IMG/VR virus record: IMGVR_UViG_3300044797_000396
Span: 26,551-90,550 of that record
From: a virus
Reading direction: 5' to 3' (one strand)
Length of the DNA stretch: 64,000 bases
Below, in pieces: positions 50,876 to 59,853 of this stretch. Every line of letters starts with the position of its first letter. The first letter of the stretch is position 1. The translations under genes were made by a program, and so were the position numbers. The notes under the pieces were generated by a model. That model did no database searches. It saw nothing but the letters and a program-made list of their open reading frames with translations, and had not been told where the DNA came from.

Positions 50876-51073
50876 TTAGTTTTTCTTGCCGAAGAAATAT
50901 TGAAAGTCGTGATAGATAAATACTCCCAAACCGGCAGCTAGTAGAGCAAACACCGCGCCCAACAAAATAGGTTGGGGAGTGCCGCTGCTAGCAGCAAACA
51001 TGAAAGCCCATACGGAGCCTCCCACACAACCGAGACCAAACAATGCAGTTAGAAGGCCAAAAAATATTCTCAT
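50876..51073 (-). CDS. Small two-TM membrane protein
   Basis: Two hydrophobic helices; AAGG SD. Confidence 0.6.
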   Translation of the reverse strand: MRIFFGLLTALFGLGCVGGSVWAFMFAASSGTPQPILLGAVFALLAAGLGVFIYHDFQYFFGKKN

Positions 51074-51789
51074 GATTTTTCCTTATTATGATAATTCCAA
51101 ATTTTACCAGCGTGTTCTACAAAATCTTGCACGCTTCTCTCTCGTTTTGCATAGTTACACCACTTACAACAAGGAACAGAATTATTTAAATTATGCGGTA
51201 TTGAAGAGTTAATTCTATCTAACCCATTGTAAGTAAAATTTCCATTTTCTATTGCAAATATAGTTTTCTTCTTTTTGTTCTTAAAAATATTATAGGTATT
51301 AGTAGGAGGATCGCCACAATAATTACATGATTGTTGTGATAATAATAAAAAATCATCAAATGATAAATCACCATCTTTATAGGATTGCCTATAAACAGCT
51401 AAGGCCGTAGATATTCTGGGCTCATCACGATTTATAAATATCGTATTACCAGATCTAAGACAACCACAAGATTTTGTATTTCCACCTAAAAGGTGTTTTT
51501 TCTTAATTACTTTTTGTACGCCACACTCGCATTGGCACGTATATTGTGTCTTTGTGATTTTATTCACTACAAGTAATTTTCCAAATTTTCTCCCAATTAT
51601 ATCTGGTGACTGTAGGCATCCACAAGATTGTGTTAATTTTGTTTTTAAGCTATTCCCCAAAACTATTTTTTCTTTGCCGCAGTCGCATGAACATTGAAAT
51701 AAACTTTGTCCATTTTTATCGGAACCAACTCGTGCAGTAACTGTTAATTTACCATATTTAGTATTTGTTAAATCCATTATTTTGGACAT
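51070..51789 (-). CDS. Free-standing HNH-type homing endonuclease
   Basis: 2x G.L.V..C.CDCG..L....T.SCGC repeats; C.YCG, GLDRINS..H..NN.VPCC.WCN.AK. Confidence 0.8.
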   Translation of the reverse strand: MSKIMDLTNTKYGKLTVTARVGSDKNGQSLFQCSCDCGKEKIVLGNSLKTKLTQSCGCLQSPDIIGRKFGKLLVVNKITKTQYTCQCECGVQKVIKKKHLLGGNTKSCGCLRSGNTIFINRDEPRISTALAVYRQSYKDGDLSFDDFLLLSQQSCNYCGDPPTNTYNIFKNKKKKTIFAIENGNFTYNGLDRINSSIPHNLNNSVPCCKWCNYAKRERSVQDFVEHAGKIWNYHNKEKS

Positions 51790-51795
51790 AATTAT

Positions 51796-52818
51796 TTAAC
51801 TTTCAATAAGACTAGAAGGATAGCTTTCAGTTAATCCAGCATCACTTATTTTTATGAAAAATGGGTTTTCTTTTAAATCTCGTAAATTATGTGCATTTTG
51901 ATAAGAACATCCCGAGCGCAATCCCTCCAATAATTTAGATAGAATGTCATTATATTTTCCTTTATTTTTTACCAATCTTATAACGCCTTCTATATGGTTA
52001 TTTTTGTGAGTAGAGCTACCTACATACTCTTTATAAGAAAGACCATTAATCATAACATTTTTACTAGAAGTTTCTTCTGCACCAGCAAAGAGCCCCCCAC
52101 TCATTACCATATCAGCAAAGCATAAACTTTTGACCACATCTCCTGCATTTTTACATCCCCCATCAGCAATAATGTAAAGAGGCTTATTGAGCCGACTAAT
52201 AAGACTTTCTTTCATATTAGCCACATTCATTAGGGCGGTTAATTGTGGCACTCCGTTCGCAGTTTCTATTCTAGTTGAACAGGTGCTCCCATTTCCAATT
52301 CCACATTTTACCACATCAGCTCCTGCTTGCCATAATCTCTCCGCTCCTTCACCCGTAGCTACATTGCCAGCAATAATAAAGAGGTTAGGTTTATTTTTAC
52401 GAAGCCATTGGCACATTTCCACGCAATGCTGCGAATCGCCGTGGGCAATATCGATACAAATTGTTCTGACGCCAGCATTATAAAATTGATCAACCAGCTC
52501 TCGGTCAGAAGGCTGAACACCAATAGAAACAGCAAAATTCTCATTACCGTGGTCATCAACCATTTTATTGGCGATGTGAAGCTGTTCATGGGGGCTCATA
52601 AAACGATGTAGAATAGCTAGGCCACCACTCTTGATTACTTGATGGCACATTTCTTTGCCAGCCACTGTAGCCATATTTGCGGGAATAATGGGGTGGTCAA
52701 AAAGGGCCGCCCCCATTTTAACAGAAATATCTATCTCGGAGCGACTTTTTACAGTGGAGTGTTTGGGGACGAGCAGAACGTCATCAAAACACAACCCTTC
52801 TTGAATAATATTTACCAT
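51796..52818 (-). CDS. GMP reductase / IMP dehydrogenase family enzyme without CBS domains
   Basis: FDDVLLVP, ANM, IDIAHG, GNVAT, GIGNGSTCSTR, IADGG; start MVNII after GGAG. Confidence 0.88.
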   Translation of the reverse strand: MVNIIQEGLCFDDVLLVPKHSTVKSRSEIDISVKMGAALFDHPIIPANMATVAGKEMCHQVIKSGGLAILHRFMSPHEQLHIANKMVDDHGNENFAVSIGVQPSDRELVDQFYNAGVRTICIDIAHGDSQHCVEMCQWLRKNKPNLFIIAGNVATGEGAERLWQAGADVVKCGIGNGSTCSTRIETANGVPQLTALMNVANMKESLISRLNKPLYIIADGGCKNAGDVVKSLCFADMVMSGGLFAGAEETSSKNVMINGLSYKEYVGSSTHKNNHIEGVIRLVKNKGKYNDILSKLLEGLRSGCSYQNAHNLRDLKENPFFIKISDAGLTESYPSSLIES

Positions 52819-52889
52819 ATGCTCTCCATTCCTAAACCAAACTAGATATAACGGCCGTATATTTTCAGTTATATAATCAACGAGGATCC

Positions 52890-53297
52890 ATGACACACGA
52901 AATAAAAATTATTATGAAATACGAACTAGAAGGAATTGATAGCGATATCGACGTTCCAATCACCACAGGCAGCATCATAGTGTATCATAATGATATCCCC
53001 ATCGGGTGCATTCAGGAGCTAAAAATACACGCGCGTGTGGATAGCCCAATGCCAGAGATAGAAATTAGCTTTCCCGATCTTCGTGACCCACAAGTTTCTA
53101 CTACCCCAATTTTTAACAGCCCCACTCCACCTACATATTTTGCAGACGATATTGATGAGAACGTTAAAATTTTTTCTAGGGTACCTGGTGTTCAGGTAAA
53201 ACTTATCAAGCTAGATACTAAGAACGATACCAACCCACTACTGGAAATTGGAACCGATGGAGCCATCGATCTTATTCCTATGGTTAAGCTCCCTTGA
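52890..53297 (+). CDS. Hypothetical protein
   Basis: GAGG SD, 135 aa. Confidence 0.6.
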   Translation: MTHEIKIIMKYELEGIDSDIDVPITTGSIIVYHNDIPIGCIQELKIHARVDSPMPEIEISFPDLRDPQVSTTPIFNSPTPPTYFADDIDENVKIFSRVPGVQVKLIKLDTKNDTNPLLEIGTDGAIDLIPMVKLP

Positions 53298-53505
53298 TAC
53301 GGTAAACGATCCTGCCCATACTAGTATCATACTCACTTACTTCGATGCGGACTTTATCACCAAGAAGTATCCTTACACTATTGGTTCTAATCTTACCTGA
53401 AAGAGTGCAAAGCACACTATAAGTATCGCTCACTTTGACTGTGAATTTTCCCTTGTTGGAATCCACTACCACACCCTCTATTTCTAGCCTATCTCTATCT
53501 ACCAT
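53284..53505 (-). CDS. infA: Translation initiation factor IF-1
   Basis: LEIEGVV...F.V...LC.LSGKIR.N.VRILLGDKV.IE.S.YD...GRIVYR. Confidence 0.93.
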   Translation of the reverse strand: MVDRDRLEIEGVVVDSNKGKFTVKVSDTYSVLCTLSGKIRTNSVRILLGDKVRIEVSEYDTSMGRIVYRIKGA

Positions 53506-53518
53506 ATATTATTATCCT

Positions 53519-53755
53519 TTATAAAAATGCCTTCATTTCAATAGCTCTTTTTACTTCGTTCAATCCCTCAAATTCGTGATCATCTACCTTAAAGAAAATA
53601 CGATTTATATAATTTTTCCCCGTAGGATATGTGATATGGACTTCAATGAAAATTCCAGTTTCTACGCTCAGTTGCTCTGCGTTGTCTCTCCACAATTTCA
53701 GTAATCTTACATAGCTATCATCATTGGGGTAGTATATGTCTTCTGGTAGTTTCAT
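53519..53755 (-). CDS. Hypothetical protein with C-terminal tag (RAIEMKAFL)
   Basis: Paralog of 53752..53988. Confidence 0.7.
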   Translation of the reverse strand: MKLPEDIYYPNDDSYVRLLKLWRDNAEQLSVETGIFIEVHITYPTGKNYINRIFFKVDDHEFEGLNEVKRAIEMKAFL

Positions 53756-53988
53756 AGAAACGCCTTATTAGCGATAAACTTTTCTACTTGTGCTAAGCCT
53801 TCACACTCGTGATCGAACACCTTAAAATAAATACGCTTTATTCTCTGTGTAGGATAAATATTCTCATATTCTACCAGAGTTTCTATATATACGCCAGTTC
53901 TAATACTGAGTTGCGTGGCGGCATCATACCAAGCATTCCTTATGTCTTGTGCGGACTGAAATTCATAAGCATTTTTTGGTAAAATCAT
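53752..53988 (-). CDS. Hypothetical protein with C-terminal tag (KFIANKAFL)
   Basis: Shares W.D.A.QLS..TG..IE, I.RI.FKV.DHE.EGL..V with 53519..53755. Confidence 0.7.
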   Translation of the reverse strand: MILPKNAYEFQSAQDIRNAWYDAATQLSIRTGVYIETLVEYENIYPTQRIKRIYFKVFDHECEGLAQVEKFIANKAFL

Positions 53989-53990
53989 TC

Positions 53991-54644
53991 TTACGCCTGA
54001 CCTAAGATATTTGAGATAACTTCGTAGCGTTCGTTTAGTAAATTGAGAAAACGATCACTCGCGGGAAGAAAAGATATCCACGTTTCACCCCGTACGCAAG
54101 GGATGGCGTAATTTTCTTTATTTCCGATTTGGTTGTAATACTTGATGTTGGTATGATCTGCTAGTAGTTGTAAACTTCGCATTCCCATAATGAGAGGCGA
54201 AACTTGTTGCCACTCCCCAAACCAATATAAATAAGATCGCAAGTGTTCATCGATACCTAAGAAAGTTAGCAAATAGCAATCCTGATACAAGTCCTCATCC
54301 TTGCCAGCTACCAAATGCACCAGGCGGCTCATTTTAGCCACTCGATCCAAAGAGAGGCCATAGTAAAGATCGGTGCTAACAATTTGCTTTCTATCCACCC
54401 TGAGGTCGTTATGGATTAATTTGATCTTCTTCTTTTTGAGAAGTAAGCTATTACTAAACTCATCTACCCACCACCTATATAGAGTAGGTGCGCCAATCTT
54501 TCTTTCCCCAAAAAGATAATCATAGGGTTTGAGACGACAAGCTCTGATAATGAACTCCATTCCTTCCAGTTCAGTATAAGCTTGAACCAGCTGAATATGT
54601 TTATTAAGTTTGTGATGAAGTCTTTCTATGCTGGGGGAGATCAT
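53991..54644 (-). CDS. Hypothetical protein
   Basis: 217 aa in operon. Confidence 0.65.
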   Translation of the reverse strand: MISPSIERLHHKLNKHIQLVQAYTELEGMEFIIRACRLKPYDYLFGERKIGAPTLYRWWVDEFSNSLLLKKKKIKLIHNDLRVDRKQIVSTDLYYGLSLDRVAKMSRLVHLVAGKDEDLYQDCYLLTFLGIDEHLRSYLYWFGEWQQVSPLIMGMRSLQLLADHTNIKYYNQIGNKENYAIPCVRGETWISFLPASDRFLNLLNERYEVISNILGQA

Positions 54645-55279
54645 AAATCAAGTAAGGCTGGGTCTAATCCCTCTTCCACAGAGGGCGCAGTAATTTTATG
54701 TTCTGCCGTTTTGACAAAAGGTAAATGGTCGATCTTCTTGTCTTCCACCAGATTTTTCCAGAGGAGATAAGTATTACGGCTATCTACCTTGGCATTATGG
54801 CTATCGGAAAGTTTCTTGACGCCAACAATATCGCAAGCTGCATGCAAGTTTACACGTGGTTTTATAAGTCCAATATCTTTGGCATATTGTTTGGTCATTG
54901 GAATAGTATCCAGCCATAAAGTGGCTGGAAACTCTTTGCCAACACTTTCCCATAAGGCAAACAAAAATCTCTTATCGAAAGTGAAAATATTGTGTCCCAC
55001 AATGCAACGATGAGCGGGAGTGAGCCCATCCTCGGCAAAGAACTTCTCGCATTCTGCCACTACCTCTTCTCTGCTATATCCTCTTTCCAGGTCAGCCAAA
55101 GTTTTCTTGGTGATAGCGAGGGCATCAAAGCTGGATCGTTCGGGAGACTGACATTTGATATTTCTCCATAGTTGAACGCGATCGGTAGCTCGTATGATGC
55201 CTATCTCTACCATTTCGTGATAATTTGCTTTTAGTCCATTTGTTTCTGTGTCGATCACATAATATTGTAGTCCTGACAT
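54641..55279 (-). CDS. DEDDh 3'-5' exonuclease (second copy)
   Basis: IDTETNG, GHNI.TFD, LDT, HNAKVD. Confidence 0.87.
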   Translation of the reverse strand: MSGLQYYVIDTETNGLKANYHEMVEIGIIRATDRVQLWRNIKCQSPERSSFDALAITKKTLADLERGYSREEVVAECEKFFAEDGLTPAHRCIVGHNIFTFDKRFLFALWESVGKEFPATLWLDTIPMTKQYAKDIGLIKPRVNLHAACDIVGVKKLSDSHNAKVDSRNTYLLWKNLVEDKKIDHLPFVKTAEHKITAPSVEEGLDPALLDL

Positions 55280-55302
55280 TCTTCCTCATTCCTTATGTTT
55301 AA

Positions 55303-55725
55303 TTACCAAAAAGCTCTTAATTTTATTATTTTGTTCAACAGTTGTGCTCTTCTCTTGGCGGTGCAAGAAGCATCGAATATTTCTTCCGCCAAAAAGGTCG
55401 GGATATGTTTGGGCTCAATATTGTGCCATTGTTTAAGAAATCCTCTTTTTCTAAATAAAAGTAATGGCTCACCAATAGTATCATCTACAATTCTAGCAAC
55501 GTGAGTAGGCGTTTTGACCCTATAATAACCAAAATCTTCACAGTCTTCTTTGATAGTACTAGATACGCTACACGCTAATCCAACAACACTAAAAATTATA
55601 TCCACAAATAAAATAATGGGTGCGATAATTAAGCGCTCTGTAAAGTTGAGTTCTTCTCGATCTCTCATTTTTTCGCAAGCGATATCGAGGCGCTCGTTCC
55701 ATTGATCTTTTATATATTTTAACAT
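55303..55725 (-). CDS. Hypothetical protein with one hydrophobic segment and C-terminal tag (KIIKLRAFW)
   Basis: LIIAPIILFVDIIFSVVGLAC; shared motif. Confidence 0.65.
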   Translation of the reverse strand: MLKYIKDQWNERLDIACEKMRDREELNFTERLIIAPIILFVDIIFSVVGLACSVSSTIKEDCEDFGYYRVKTPTHVARIVDDTIGEPLLLFRKRGFLKQWHNIEPKHIPTFLAEEIFDASCTAKRRAQLLNKIIKLRAFW

Positions 55726-55728
55726 TAT

Positions 55729-56028
55729 TTACCAAAAAGCCTTCAACTTCATATAGGTATCAAATTCTTTTTGCGAGCGACAGCATAATTTCTTCCCCTC
55801 AAACCACCATTCCGCCGAGCCATCGTATTTGATAGCGGCTGGGCCATTTGCACAATGCAAGATAATATTGTGCAAACCTAAACCAAGGTCTATATTGGAA
55901 GTTATACTGATTTTTTTATATTGAAACCACCGTGCGCCAAATAAATTTTCCAACACCTGACGTATAGAGGACCCTGGATTGATATCCATATTATCTTCAT
56001 AAATATCAACTTCGATAACAGTTTTCAT
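55729..56028 (-). CDS. Hypothetical protein with LH..NGPA repeat unit and C-terminal tag (YMKLKAFW)
   Basis: LHCANGPAAI..DG..EWW.EG; shared motif. Confidence 0.68.
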   Translation of the reverse strand: MKTVIEVDIYEDNMDINPGSSIRQVLENLFGARWFQYKKISITSNIDLGLGLHNIILHCANGPAAIKYDGSAEWWFEGKKLCCRSQKEFDTYMKLKAFW

Positions 56029-56516
56029 CTTTTTTGTATTAGGTTTGGGTTAGTAATATATAAAGGCAGCATATCTCTACTCTTATAGTTATCCAACAAT
56101 GTTTGGCTCAAATACTGGGCACCACTAATAGTCTTTCTGCACTTATTAGAACCACACTGACAAGTCATTTGCCAACTATCAACAGTATCAGTTGAGGTGG
56201 TAGAATAATCAAAAGTTAGTTGAGAATTGGCAGGGATAACATACAGAGAATATAGGAAAGCCCTATTACCTACCACGTGCATTTTACAATTAGGGTCGCA
56301 GCTATGATTAATATAATCGTCCAAGCCACCAGAAGCGGTAATGAAGGTGTTGGGGCCTACCTGCAATAAAGCAGATTGGTTCATATCCGGTATTTCCCTA
56401 TCAGTTAGAACGGGACCTGTGATCTCGATGATCATCATATTAGCAGGAATAGCAACAGTAGTAAAAACTCCCTTGCCTACTTTGGTATTTTGTAATTGTA
56501 AATATTGACTATACAT
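56025..56516 (-). CDS. SET-domain lysine methyltransferase-like protein with post-SET
   Basis: GKGVF, YINHSCDPN, QLTFDY, CQCGSNKCR. Confidence 0.9.
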   Translation of the reverse strand: MYSQYLQLQNTKVGKGVFTTVAIPANMMIIEITGPVLTDREIPDMNQSALLQVGPNTFITASGGLDDYINHSCDPNCKMHVVGNRAFLYSLYVIPANSQLTFDYSTTSTDTVDSWQMTCQCGSNKCRKTISGAQYLSQTLLDNYKSRDMLPLYITNPNLIQKR

Positions 56517-56863
56517 TATCCGCCTACCAGATTTTTTACGTATTTCAACATCGATGAACCAGCCTCATAAACAGATAATTTGAGCTCTTTCTTGCCAGCC
56601 AATTTATGCTTAACGCCCACGGGGGACATTCCCTTACTCAATATAGCGGCCTGTTCCGGCGTTTCAGCTAAGACACGGTAAGTGAGCACAGCAGGGAGCA
56701 TACATTCCACCTTGACATCATAATATCGCTTTTCAGGGATAGGGGCCGCTACTACCTTTGGTAGAGCTTTTTTTACTATGGGTGGCGATTGAACGGCACT
56801 TTCTTTTTTAGTGGCTCTTCGTATTAAGTCTTCAACGATATCTACGGCTGATTTATTGGTCAT
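56516..56863 (-). CDS. Hypothetical protein
   Basis: 115 aa, TAATG overlap with SET gene. Confidence 0.65.
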   Translation of the reverse strand: MTNKSAVDIVEDLIRRATKKESAVQSPPIVKKALPKVVAAPIPEKRYYDVKVECMLPAVLTYRVLAETPEQAAILSKGMSPVGVKHKLAGKKELKLSVYEAGSSMLKYVKNLVGG

Positions 56864-56875
56864 AAAGTATTTATA

Positions 56876-57679
56876 TCAAATTATATATGTTTTAGCAAAT
56901 AACTCGTTAAATCTATCCAAAAACATTTTCTTTGCTTCTTCGGGCGAAATGGGAGCTATCAGCATGGGTAACGGGTTGACTGGTAATTTCCACTCTGGAT
57001 GAATGGGCGCTAACAATGTTTGTGCCTCGGTACTTAGCATTAGAAGATCGGCTGTTTTGACGCTTTTTGGCTCCTCTTCATTTAAGTTAAACCTACGATA
57101 AATGGTGTTTTGCAAGCGTTTCTCAATCTTTTTGTATTCCTCAAATTGTCCCGATCTTTTAAGTGGAGATGCCATATCACATACATACGCCTCTGATGCG
57201 TCATGTAATAATGCATGCAGCTTATCTTGATCACTGACGAGATAAGACACTAAAACGGAATGCTGGGCTATCGAGTAGTGAAACTTGCAGTGCCCTGTAA
57301 AACGGCATTGCATTGCGAGCGCGTGAGCAATATCCTGAATAACGATGGAGTCGATATGAGGATCGAGCGGGTAAAACTTCCTTCCAGAATAAGTTTGGAT
57401 CCAAGCGTCATCCGTCAATTTTTGCTGAGTATCCATTCGGGAAGCCACCTTGAAGGCGGCATTCAAGGCTTCCAAGTTTTCAGGAGTATCCAGAGGAGGA
57501 TATGCTACTGCATTGCAACTAATAGGATCTAAAACAAAATTAGGGATACCTTTTCCTAATAGGGTGGTATCGAAGGGATCTATTTTAATAGTGGGGGTGG
57601 TTTTTTCAGCCGGTACTGCCGAAACCGCCGTTGCCTCTTTTTGAGCCGCGCTCTCGGTATAAGTTTTCGATTTCTTCAT
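56876..57679 (-). CDS. HD-domain phosphohydrolase (YfbR/YfdR-like nucleotidase)
   Basis: WIQTYSG, DIAHAL...RF.GH, YSIAQHS, LLHDASEAY..D. Confidence 0.85.
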   Translation of the reverse strand: MKKSKTYTESAAQKEATAVSAVPAEKTTPTIKIDPFDTTLLGKGIPNFVLDPISCNAVAYPPLDTPENLEALNAAFKVASRMDTQQKLTDDAWIQTYSGRKFYPLDPHIDSIVIQDIAHALAMQCRFTGHCKFHYSIAQHSVLVSYLVSDQDKLHALLHDASEAYVCDMASPLKRSGQFEEYKKIEKRLQNTIYRRFNLNEEEPKSVKTADLLMLSTEAQTLLAPIHPEWKLPVNPLPMLIAPISPEEAKKMFLDRFNELFAKTYII

Positions 57680-58133
57680 TGGATACTTTCCTTACTTTCA
57701 TTTCTTCTCGGCGCACTGGGATAAGTTGCCCAATAGCTTCTCCGTGTTTAATTTCTAACTTTGGATAATTAAAAATATCCAACATTTGAGACCCGATCGT
57801 CTCTGGCAAATACTGGCAGGCAAAAATCATCTGGCCTCCGTAATCTTCATCTATAACGCCGTAAAGGGCGTGTAGATTTTTTTTAGTAAAGGACGAACTT
57901 CTAGGATACAGTGTAAGCCACCAACCTTCGGGGATAAAAGCACGGAAACCCAGGGAAATTTTCGCGTACATCCCCATATAAATAGTCTGGTCTCCATTAG
58001 CCCTGACATCCCAACCAGTAGCTCGTTCAGAACCTTTGGTGGGGAGAAATTCATCTCCTAAACCTTCCGATAAAGCAAATTGGAAAGTTGGAATTTTCGG
58101 ACATTCGTATCCGTCAAGATGTTGTTCGATCAT
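57606..58133 (-). CDS. dut: Trimeric dUTPase
   Basis: TGWDV, PRSS, GVIDEDYGG, IGQL, RGNGGFGSTG. Confidence 0.9.
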   Translation of the reverse strand: MIEQHLDGYECPKIPTFQFALSEGLGDEFLPTKGSERATGWDVRANGDQTIYMGMYAKISLGFRAFIPEGWWLTLYPRSSSFTKKNLHALYGVIDEDYGGQMIFACQYLPETIGSQMLDIFNYPKLEIKHGEAIGQLIPVRREEMKVRKVSNEEIENLYRERGSKRGNGGFGSTG

Positions 58134-58209
58134 TGTGTTTCTCCATTATTTTGCCAAATAACTTAATCATTAACTTTAATTTGTCAAGTCAATAAAATGT
58201 TATATAATT

Positions 58210-59007
58210 ATGAGTTCCTTGCCGCCTTTTGTATTGTTCGTGAATGGAGATCTAACTTACAGACCAGAACCCCCTCCCTATCCTCCTGATTTACCAGTTT
58301 TTATTGGGTCACAGCCAGAACTTCCTAGCTCTTACGCTTCTGTAAGTGAGTTAAAAAATTTGCAAATTCAATTATTTATTGATGATACTATGACTAAGGA
58401 GGAGTTTGATGCCAGGGTGTGCGCCGATCCTAATTATCCTACTATCATTCATTTGCGCGGCCTACGAATTCTAGTTATACTCCCTACTTTTCGCGATTAT
58501 CATAACAGAGAATTAGCGGATATCGTCCTCTTTTTACACCAGGGAATGGCAGATGTATTAACCAATAGGTTTCAGCATTTTGAGGAAGATTATGAGCACG
58601 AATATGATGGCTATCGTTCGCATACCTATCCATATCCTCCGCAACCCCACTATGAATATCCAGATGAACATCGCCCAAGAAAATTTGCTGTTGGCCCTCC
58701 TGGTCAGAGTTATGATATACAAAGACTAAATGTTTATGAATTAATCAGAGCCGCTCATTCTTGCGGGGGTGGTGATTTCTTCCTACCTTTCGAGATGATG
58801 CCTCATTGTCGTGATTGCAATTACCCCTACTACTGCGACTATTGCCATACTTTTAGCGGGATTAAAATATGTAGGGATTGTTGTGGCCCCTGTAAATGTG
58901 GCTGTGGAACCTACTTAATTGATAACCAGGGGATTAAAGAAAGTCCAATCCATCTTAAAAATTGCGATAATGAGTACAATAACTATGACTTCATTCATAG
59001 AAAGTAA
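58210..59007 (+). CDS. Hypothetical protein with Cys-rich C-terminus
   Basis: 265 aa; CRDC..CDYC..CRDCCGPCKCGC. Confidence 0.65.
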   Translation: MSSLPPFVLFVNGDLTYRPEPPPYPPDLPVFIGSQPELPSSYASVSELKNLQIQLFIDDTMTKEEFDARVCADPNYPTIIHLRGLRILVILPTFRDYHNRELADIVLFLHQGMADVLTNRFQHFEEDYEHEYDGYRSHTYPYPPQPHYEYPDEHRPRKFAVGPPGQSYDIQRLNVYELIRAAHSCGGGDFFLPFEMMPHCRDCNYPYYCDYCHTFSGIKICRDCCGPCKCGCGTYLIDNQGIKESPIHLKNCDNEYNNYDFIHRK

Positions 59008-59062
59008 TTTTTTTATGGCATAATTGTGCATAATGAATAGTGTTTTGCAACAAGGATACCAA

Positions 59063-59638
59063 ATGTCAAAAGCCGACACACTTCTCAAAAAAGCCACCTC
59101 ATTCGAGAGACTAGCCCTATACTCTGATCGTAAAGCTTTTCTACAAGCTTTGGCACAAGATGCAGGATTTGGTCTAGAACCAGTTAAGCAATACTTGAAC
59201 TTAGATGAATTCGGCAAACCAAAAGCACAAGGTCTCCCAGCAGTTCCAGCAACTCCGGGAGCCCCAGCCGCCAAACCATATGATATGCCAGTCACCAATA
59301 TCACTGGTAAATACCCAACCGTTAGAAAAGAGCAGCAGGAAGCGCTCAGCCGTGTTAACAGCTATGAGGGCATTGGAAATCCTATTACCGTAGACGGTAT
59401 CTTAGGGCCAGAAACCGCAAACGCCTGTCAGTTATTCAAGAAGAAGTTTGATCCAACTAACAAATATAATCTAACAAATCAAAAAATTCTAGATTGGGCA
59501 GAAATGCTCGCCGATGAACCCAAATATAAACTAATGGGGCCACAAACTACCCCTCCTCATAAAGAAATGAACATGGATGAGATCGATAACGAATTCAACA
59601 AAATGAAGTTTGATCCAACTAACAAATATAAAACTTAA
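59063..59638 (+). CDS. Protein with peptidoglycan-binding-like domain
   Basis: Q.AL...I.VDGILGPET..A...FK motif; ATG 59063 after AAGGA. Confidence 0.6.
   Translation: MSKADTLLKKATSFERLALYSDRKAFLQALAQDAGFGLEPVKQYLNLDEFGKPKAQGLPAVPATPGAPAAKPYDMPVTNITGKYPTVRKEQQEALSRVNSYEGIGNPITVDGILGPETANACQLFKKKFDPTNKYNLTNQKILDWAEMLADEPKYKLMGPQTTPPHKEMNMDEIDNEFNKMKFDPTNKYKT
59443..59631 (+). repeat. 27-bp exact direct repeat GAAGTTTGATCCAACTAACAAATATAA (59443-59469 and 59605-59631)
   Basis: Read directly; both copies encode KFDPTNKY. Confidence 0.9.
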
Positions 59639-59744
59639 TATAGTAAAGGTTGCTCAGCACCGTAAAGACTGAGACTTGGGCAGTCAAGCAAGCGCTCCTA
59701 TCGGAGATCCGCAAGTTCGATAGCAAACACATATACCTTAGCTT

Positions 59745-59791
59745 TACGGGCAGCGATGATAAATTAGTCACTGCCCGTATTTTTTATTTTT
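59745..59791 (+). terminator. Rho-independent terminator
   Basis: TACGGGCAG (59745-53) / CTGCCCGTA (59771-79) stem followed by T-tract. Confidence 0.75.
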
Positions 59792-59853
59792 GTCTTCGGC
59801 TAGTTGCGCTTCTACATCGCGTGGTTATACTGTTTTCTTGAAGTGAGAACCCC

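Noticed and set aside
19860-55760. KLKAF-encoding DNA as integron attC-like sites, CRISPR repeats or DGR repeats
   Set aside because: No palindromic structure, regular spacing or nucleotide identity; variation is at synonymous positions; no integrase, cas or reverse transcriptase gene in the window.
59650-59841. 63-aa ORF over the structured intergenic region
   Set aside because: TTG start, runs through a terminator, no recognisable features; an RNA explanation fits better.
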